A stretch of DNA of 64,000 nt from positions 152,582,001 to 152,646,000 of the forward strand of contig OX597816.1 of NCBI GenBank assembly GCA_951406725.2, written 5' to 3'. The translations under genes were made by a program, and so were the position numbers. Shown piece by piece: positions 55,141 through 64,000 of the stretch. The notes beneath the pieces are model-generated. The model saw only the letters and a list, made by a program, of their open reading frames with translations. It made no database searches and was not told the DNA's origin. The first letter of the stretch is position 1. Every line of letters begins with the position of its first letter. Source of the stretch: Octopus vulgaris. Its lineage: Eukaryota.

Positions 55141-58100
55141 GAGAAAGGGACAGAGAGAGGTACACATATTTATATATTGCATGGGATTTAGGATGGAAGC
55201 ATGTTGTAGGTTGGCGTTATAGTTTATGGAGCTGACAATAATACATTTAAAGTGAAGTGCTCTTTTAAACGATACCGGAAGGGATATAGAATAACTGGCG
55301 ACCATATTTAAATTTGAACTTCGTGGAACAAGACTAAGCTTTTCGTCTGGTGTTCTATTTTCTTCGAAAATATTGCAGAATAAAAATGTAACGAAATAAC
55401 GCTACATTGTACTACATACGCTAATGAATGAGCGTTTATGCTAGAAATAGCATTCAAAGCTCCTTCAGATTATATCTTAGCACTGAAAAAAAAAAAAAAG
55501 AGACATTGGTTTATGTAGTTCGGGTTATATCATACCCGAAAAAAAAAAATATATGTGGGATGTCATAACTGGTATGCTTTTAACATGCTTTTGACAAAAG
55601 GCAATGCTCTATATAACACTGCGCCAGACATCAACTTTACACTTCAACAAAACACTGCACTGCATTACACTTCTGCGGTACACTCACATAACACAGCATT
55701 AAATCATGTCATGTGAACCATTCCAGAAGACATATGTACAGACAATTATACGCTAACAGAAGCAGTAGCAACAACAACAAAGATGGTGAAAACAACTACT
55801 ACAGCAACAGAAATAAGTACTGGGATCGATGTAATCGACTAAACCTTCGAGGACAGAGTCCCAGCACGGAGAGTTTGTTTACTATTGTATCGTGAACAAT
55901 GCACTGGCCTTTCATGTCCACAATTCTTTGCATACGTGTTCTCTACCTCTGGTCTCTGACACGTGCGCGCAGACACTCACATACAGGAAAAATAACTAGA
56001 GAGAGTCGGTTCTGACTCTCCAGTTTCGTGTGTGTGTGTGTGTGTGTGTGGAAGGTACATACTATCGAAGGTACATACTTTGCAGGTAATTTGATATCTG
56101 ACAATATGCCAAAACTAACAATTACATCAAGGAAAAACTATTATTTTAATTCCTTGTTTACTTTTTAGAAGTCAAGTTTGTCATGAATTAGCGAGAGATT
56201 TCGTCACATTTCGACTTGCTCACTGCTACAATGCCACTGGAACTTGTGTAGAAATGCATCAGTTATCAGATTCCTGATGAGCGGTGAACATTTTGGACAA
56301 AACTTTAATAAATAAACAAAAAGTAAAAATAACAGTTTTTGTGTGTACTTTTTGCTGGTCGAAGCTGAAGGTAGTAAAGTGAAGTTTGGTAGATAGAAAC
56401 TAGAGGAAGCTCGTCACATGACTCTCTGCTTGTGATTTGACAGCTGATTCTCTCTGAAGATTTACACTAAGAATGCTTCATGGTGCACCGAGTTGGTAGT
56501 TTAGTTGATTGGACAATAGGACTACGCGACCCGCGAAATCAAAGCGTCAACGTATACGTGCACATATATGTATGCAATCCTTCATTTATTTTTTTAGTGG
56601 TTTAGTCCATTACATCGATCCCATTACTTATTTCATAATGCTATATAGTTTATCGAACCCTATTTGTCGAACCGATCATCATCAATAGTTATCCAAGAAA
56701 GATGAACATTGCAAAATAAACAAAACTTTTCATCAAACAACTTAAGAATTCAAGTTGAAACTTCTTCAGTTAACTAACTACTAAGAAGAGCTTCAGTTTG
56801 ACCCAGCCTTTTTCGTGTTAATTAATACACTTATAGATTAAATATAATTCTATAATTGTATAGAAATATATGTATTACTCTACATATACAGTGTAGAAAG
56901 AAAAAAAGAAAAGGTTATTAGCGTTGTCGTCGAGTTTCAGACAAGTACTTTGCAGTGTTTAGTTACATCTCTGTGTGCGTTCGGGATTCAAATCACACTG
57001 TGGTCAGATTCGGCTTTCATCGTTCCCGGTTTAATAAATTAAGTACGACTCAAGTAGTAGTAGTAGTAGTAGTAGTAGTGACAATTTTCGTTGGTCGTAT
57101 TGTACACATAGCACGTTATATCTAAGTTTGTGGCTGTAGACTGTCTTGAATGAACCAAGTAATTATAGACATTGTAGTGTTTACTCGGTTAGCTGTACAC
57201 ATTCACGCCCACCCCATCCTCTCTGTACATATGTATTGTATATACATACATAAACCTACCTACCTACCTATCTATCTACCTACCGACCTACCTACCTGCA
57301 TGCATACATACATACATACATACATACATACATACATACATACATACATACATACATACCTGCATGCATGCATACATACAACATACATACATACATACAT
57401 ACATACATACATACATACATACATACATACATACATACATACATACGTACATAGTCAGGGTGTCGGCTGTTTAATCAACTTCCGGTGAAAAGCAAAGAGA
57501 TTTGGGGCAGAGAATGAAGGTGAAAAAGGGAGTGGGTGAAATAGAAAGTTAGACATAGGTGAGGAGAAATGAGAAAAGGAAAGTGGCCGGGGTGATAGAA
57601 GTAACACGAAAATATAACCCCAAAACTAACAAACGTCAGGTTTAATGAGAAAGAATTGTGGAATGTTCGAAGAGAAATGGTTGATGTTATTAAATGAATT
57701 AATATAAGGTGAGAATTTAAGAAGGAAAAGAAACTTTGTACTTGCGAATAAAGAAGTGAATGGTTAGTGTGATGGCGACTGAAAATGGAGTCATGAGGTT
57801 AATGATCATGATGATAATGGAGGTGGTGGTGATACAGATTTATGTTGAAGGGTGGATGCCACTGGTGTATAAAGGCGGAGAAAATGGGAAGTTGTGATGC
57901 TCATGCCCTTCAAACTGGTATTTGTGACGTCGCTGGAGAAATTTAAAACAATGGTGATATTAATGATAGCAATGATAGTAGTTCTAGTATTGGCGATAGT
58001 ATTAGTAGTAGTAGAACAGTAGTGGTGTTAGTGATAAAGTGGTAGGGGTAAGTAGTGAAATCTATGATAATGCTGCGCCACTGAAGTTCTTGTGTAATCA

Positions 58101-59577
58101 GCTGCAATCATTGCTTCCATATTGTTTGTCCTTGGGCTTTCAGTTGCCTGTAATGTGATTGCCGAGTCAACAGAAAAACGACAACCGCCAACCGACTGAC
58201 TTGGCTTTAGTATCTGTCCAGAATCACGCCGGACCACCACTTGTGGTATTTATTTAATTAGCCAAACGCGAACAATTTCCGGTTGACGACATTGCTTGTG
58301 GACCCGAACCCGACAAACTTTATTTTATTTTTTTTTTTCCTGATTATTCATTTATCTTTTTTTCTTTTATCATACGTCTCCTTATTCTCCTTCTATTGCG
58401 GTTATCACATCTCTATGCTTTTTTTATACGTTTCAGTGAATTCCGTCGTTTTCCATCCTCTCCCCTTCCTCTTCTTTTTTTCCATATAAACCTGGTGATT
58501 TGTTATATATTTCTGTTCAAACCCGGCGTTCATATTAAGCATTTCGTCTCCTTCCATAGGCGATATAATTCCTTTCATCTTTTGATCTTTTTTTGTCTCA
58601 TTCGGTCATTTAGCCCTCTTTATTTCGTGCATTTTAATGAATATCACTTAAATTATAACACTTAAGTTTATGTATACTGAAGTTGCACATGCTCAGCTGA
58701 AACAAACATGCTATAAACACATTGTGTGCGTATGCGCGCGCATGTGTGTGTGTGTGTGTAGAAGTCGAGAGAAAGTTGGCTGAGAAGAAAGGTGCTAGAT
58801 TATTAGTAGAAGGGTAGGTGATTCATATGAAACTAACGGCACTCATATGTGTACATGATTAGGACATTTTTTCAAAAGAACAGTTTGCCTAGTCGTCAAC
58901 AGGTAAGACGAAATGGTAAGGCTATTGTAAAACTGACGCATGTTTCTTTAGATTCCTTTGCTGGCTTCAAAGTTTATCAATGAATATTTGAATAATTCTT
59001 CAGAAAAAAAGAGACGATCTTGGTCATATGCTTCGCTCTTCATGCACAATGACCCAAACATGTTATTCGACCCAGATTCTGCAATTGTCAACTACATTGA
59101 CGCAACCTATATTGATCAATTAGATATATACATAGAGTTGTTCAATAGAGACAGAATATGTGAATATTCACGATATAGAAAATCGATTATTTAGACAGAT
59201 TACATACATATATTAGAGTGTATGAATGTCTGAAAGGACAGGTTTATTAGACAACTTGCCATAAGTCCATCCAGTTGTATACTATCGGGTGTTCTTTTGT
59301 GTTCGTAGCCAAGACACTTCATACTAGAATCAAGTCCATGTACTTTTAAATGGGTAACGTGAGTGATGTTATTTACTTTTGTAATTAGCTATAGCAACGT
59401 GGATTATTCCTTGATTTACAGTGGTATGCTTACTTTCTCTAACTGAAACAAATTACATATAGGACGGAACGACGAGAGAGACTTAATGCAGTATCTCAAT
59501 GAACGCATACAAGCGGCAAAATTAGAGTGAATTATCAACTACATTCTTAATATTAAATATATATATATATATATATA

Positions 59578-59884
59578 TCACCGTCACCGTCACCGACCAG
59601 GCTATCAGATGTTGCTATACATCGCTGGTCACAATGCGCTTCGCATTGTTTTAGCCTTCAAATGACGTCACCCCGCTGGCTAAGCGAGCAGGCCAACAGA
59701 AGAAAGAATGTGAGAAAGTTGTGGAGAAAGAGTACAGCAGGGATCGCCCCCCCCCCCCCAGCCGGAGCCTCGTGGAGCTTTAGGTGTTTTCGCTCAATAA
59801 ACACTCACAACGCCCGGTCTGGGAAACGAAACCGCGATCCTACGACCGCGAGTCCGCTGCTCTAACCACTGGGCCATTGCGGCT

Positions 59885-59887
<3 letters not shown>
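59578..59887 (-). mobile_element. tRNA-derived SINE, family D
   Basis: Minus strand tggcccagtggttagagcagcggactcgcggtcgtaggatcgcggtttcgtttcccagacc is a tRNA-like head with A and B boxes, followed by a non-tRNA body. Sits between (TA)n and (CA)n. Confidence 0.85.
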
Positions 59888-59934
<47 letters not shown>

Positions 59935-60259
59935 GTACATATAATATTACATTATATTATATTATATTATTACGATGAATGTAAACAAACAAACGAAGTT
60001 TGCTTTAGAAGCAACGTAGCCGAGGAACGATGTGATCGCAGAATACCGACAGCACGAGTTCCATTGGACCCGCGAAGTTTCTGAGTGGTGTCCAAGAAAG
60101 TGGAAAAGACCATTTCAAATCCTCCACGACGATAGGAAAACGATTTACTTTAGTGATTTGGGTCAAGATGGAAAAGAATAGTACAATCAAAACAGAATTG
60201 GAAGCGCATGGTTACCAACAGTGCACATCTGATGGTCTGGTTGATACGTATATATATAC

Positions 60260-60331
<72 letters not shown>

Positions 60332-60447
60332 GAGAAAGTCGTGTAAATATAGATAAGAGAGGTTGAGAGGATGGATCTGTAGCTCTGCACTCGGAAAGTT
60401 ACAAATTATGAGGCTTAGTGTTCTAATCTTTTTTTTCTTTTTTTTTC

Positions 60448-60657
60448 TTTTCTGCTCTAGGTACAAGGCCCGAAATTTTGGGGGAGGGCGCCACACGATT
60501 AGATCGACCCCAGTACACAACTGGTACTTAATTTATCGACCTCGAAAGGATGAAAGGCAAAGTCGACCTCGGCGGGATTTGAACTCAGAACGTCCATGAC
60601 AGACGAAATACCGCTAAGCATCTCGCTCGGCGTGCTAACGTTTCTGCCAGCTCGCCG
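60448..60657 (-). mobile_element. tRNA-derived SINE, family A
   Basis: Reverse complement of the 13042 consensus with A-rich tail. Confidence 0.9.
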
Positions 60658-61389
60658 GTTTGTAAATTGGTTTTATTGCTGCTCGAGATATTTGTAAAAG
60701 TTGCAGAAATTGTTGCTCTCAAAACCACTGATTAAACAACCGATTAAAATGTCTGAAAATATTCTCGTAGTATCAAATTCTGCTGCATTTGAATCGATGA
60801 TAACAAGTATACGTTACACGAACCAATGAAGGAATCTCTACGTGGTCGTTGGCCCTACTTGAGGTAGCGAGCAAATCCCCCAAAACACCCTCTACAGTAT
60901 TAACAGATAGACATATTGAAAATAAAGCCAGAGTCGAGTTGACCTGGGACTAAATATCAGCATATACATGCTACTTGTTACAATGTTCCTTCTAAATTTT
61001 AGTAGTCACAATATCGTACAATTTCCTTTCGTCGAGCGCTATTTGTTCACATAAAGGCAACGAATCTTACGCTAGTTGTAAAAGGTGTGAGCTCAATTTA
61101 ACCGAGGTGGGTATTGAATTTTTCTTATATAACAGTATTACAGAATTTATAAGTACACCTCTTTTTCTCTCTTCTCTCTCTTTCACATCCCACGCATTTT
61201 AGACACATGATTCAACACAGATTCACACAAGCATAACCGATCTTTCTCTCCCTTCCTTTTTCTCTTCTTTGACCCCTTCTCCTCTTCTTAAAATCTATAA
61301 CTTTGTGTCAACGACATAGACGTGAGTTTTTCGCGCTTAAGTTAAATACACATGCACGCACACATACCTCCCACCTACACGCAGACACT

Positions 61390-61428
<39 letters not shown>

Positions 61429-61699
61429 AACTAATACACACAAACACACACACACACACACACATATACTTGCATGGCAACACTACAATCATCATCAACT
61501 CACACACACGTACGAGCGCGCGCGCACCCCCCCACATACACACATGCTTATAAACACAATCTTCAAGTTAACGTAAAGGGAACGTGTCCCTAATTACACA
61601 CCAGAAATACTCAACCTCACAAACAAAAACCTCAAATACCATACACCAGCACCCATAAAAATGAAACTCACCATCAAGCAAAGAAATAACAGAAAAAAT

Positions 61700-62600
61700 A
61701 ATCCAGGGAGAAACAGAAATATTTGTATCATGGTAAAACATAAATTACCAATGAAACACTGTGTAGAGTAATTTGTATTGTCAACAACAAGAACACTAAG
61801 GCCTCATAATTTGTAATTTTCCGAGTGAAGAGCTGCAGAGTCCATCCCCTCAACCTCTCTTATCAGTCCATATTTACACGATTTTCTCATTCATCTACAA
61901 AATATAGATGCCTCCCACCCTTTTCCAGAAATTGCTGCACAACTACTCCAAGTCAATATAAATTACCTAGGTGTAAACATTGAAAGATTTTAAACATATC
62001 GAATCCTCCGTATCTCTTCTTACCAGGAACATCGATCATCGAATGCAATCAACTATCGCACTCTACAACATAAACATATCACAAACACATAGAATACGAA
62101 TTCACTGGAAGTTGCGCATAACACCTTGATAATATTCGCAACAAACATATAATTCACAGCAAAGAAAAAAAATAAGACAATGCACAAATTTACTTAGACC
62201 AAACTGAGGTATTACATTTGACCAACAGAAGCAAACAACAAAGGAGTATAAAAACAATTCATTAGACCCATCATAGACTACATCATTCCCATTCGGGCTC
62301 CAAATTTCTCTATATCAAGCTAAGATAAACTATGAGTTTTCAAGACGCTATACAGCGTATTCTAACAGACTGTACAGTTACTAAATCCATAAGCACCTGC
62401 CCCCAATACAACGAGAGAAAAATTCCAATATTGAAACACAACCTGGTGATGCGAGGGCACAGTTTGTTGCCACATCAAACTTTAACCTTTCTCCTCACAA
62501 TTCCTGCCACAAAGTGAAACCCCACTTCCAAACACTCAAACATATACAACATCCCAGAGCGCTACTGCAGATTCAACCTAAAACTACTATCCCTCCCACC
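61700..62600 (+). mobile_element. Decayed I/Jockey-like LINE, RT C-terminal part
   Basis: YLGV, YKXFIRPIIDYIIPIRAPNFS and FQDAIQRILTDC echo the pattern YK.FIR..L.Y..P.W.P....LQ..QN.ALR.ITGC; many disablements. Confidence 0.6.
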
Positions 62601-63695
62601 CAACTCAGACAAGTATAAATGATGCATGGAAGCGTAAATAGCCGCTACATCAATAGTCACACTAGTACAAAACAGTATGTTGCGATATATACACTCGAAA
62701 TAAATCCAGAAGAACAATTGCCTCGCTCTGTCAGAATCCATTTTCTCATTACCTGGAGTAGATAAATAAACGAAATGGTGGAAGGAATGTATCAAACCCA
62801 GACTGTCGCATTATATCTCATATTATTCATCACTGTATATAGCACTACGCAGATTCTCAGCTTAGCAAAGACTTGGGAATATAGTTCTGAGGGTCCAGCT
62901 TTACCGTTCAGTCAACTAGCTACGTAATAAAGGACAGCTTGAGAAGGCTATTCTTGGGTGACCTAAATATATCTATATCCACAATATATGTTAACTGCCT
63001 TTATAGATCACATTAGCAGTTTGTTGCTGTGGACTAAATTTGCGTAACATTTTTCTTGTTGACTGGTTAAACACAATCTATAATATTTAGTCTGTTTATT
63101 AAGTAGTTTATGCTATTTGAAAGAAATGCATGTTGAGCATACAGGTCACTATCGTCAGATAGATATCATTAGAATAATGCGAGTAGGTTAGAAAATAACG
63201 TCTTAAATTTGAAAAGTGCGTTCTTATTGACATTTTCTTTTCGTTTTCTATTTAGCGATAAAAGTGGACACTGCATACGAGTATTTCGTTGGCATTTGCG
63301 CCAAGCCATTCAAGCTAATAGGACATTCGTCAGTTTCACAGCATGAACTCCTCATGGAGCATATAGACAAGACGGACAGTGAAATTCGAATATTATGTAT
63401 CTTGGCTATACCGTCAACAAGGAGACAAAATGTCTACACTTTGTCGCCTCTGTCTACTTGTTACTCAATTACGTAGAGCAGGACAAAATAAATAATGACG
63501 GTAACGCTTCATTAAGCATCCTGTTCTTTAGATTAGACACACATATACACCTGTACATGTGTATATGTGTATGCTTGTGCATGAGTGTGCACGCACTGTA
63601 ATAGGTGAATGTATATGTAAAGGTATATATATATATTTGTGTATATATACATTTGTATATATATATATATATGTATATATATACACATACATACA

Positions 63696-63739
<44 letters not shown>

Positions 63740-63741
63740 TG

Positions 63742-63855
<114 letters not shown>

Positions 63856-64000
63856 TAAATTCATCTTCGTGTGACTGAATTGATTAATATATTTCCTGCT
63901 ATATCGATTCATTCTACTCTCCCTCGCTGTCTCTAACACTCTTTCATTCTATCCACTTTCTCTATCCCACGTAAGCTATAATTAATGTTCTCCCACTTTT

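Noticed and set aside
58028-58240. 70-aa non-repetitive minus-strand ORF
   Set aside because: No recognisable homology or matching splice signals, and it runs into low-complexity sequence.
59810-59887. tRNA-like sequence here and at about 10020-10096
   Set aside because: These are SINE heads: acceptor stems are incomplete and they run into SINE bodies.

Overview
AT-rich, microsatellite-saturated animal genomic DNA. The SINE families look like those of an octopod cephalopod (inferred, not proven). The only host gene I can support is a minus-strand grainyhead (Grh/CP2-family) transcription factor. Six in-phase GT-AG exons between 10664 and 2234 encode a linker and most of the CP2 DNA-binding domain, two further upstream exons are likely (34117-34213, 11872-11905), and the 3' part lies left of the window. 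The rest is intron or upstream DNA holding tRNA-derived SINEs, decayed LINE and Tc1/mariner remnants, a small non-autonomous Helitron and a 5'-truncated Neptune-type Penelope-like element (PLE). The most notable signal is a set of short elements from several unrelated sequence families, lodged in or beside (TA)n tracts. They carry intact or decayed minimal type-I hammerhead ribozyme motifs and several are foldbacks. A local inverted duplication (45546-46227 / 53989-54861) preserves both the empty and the filled (TA)n site for one of them. Almost all ORFs in the supplied track are microsatellite translation artefacts.
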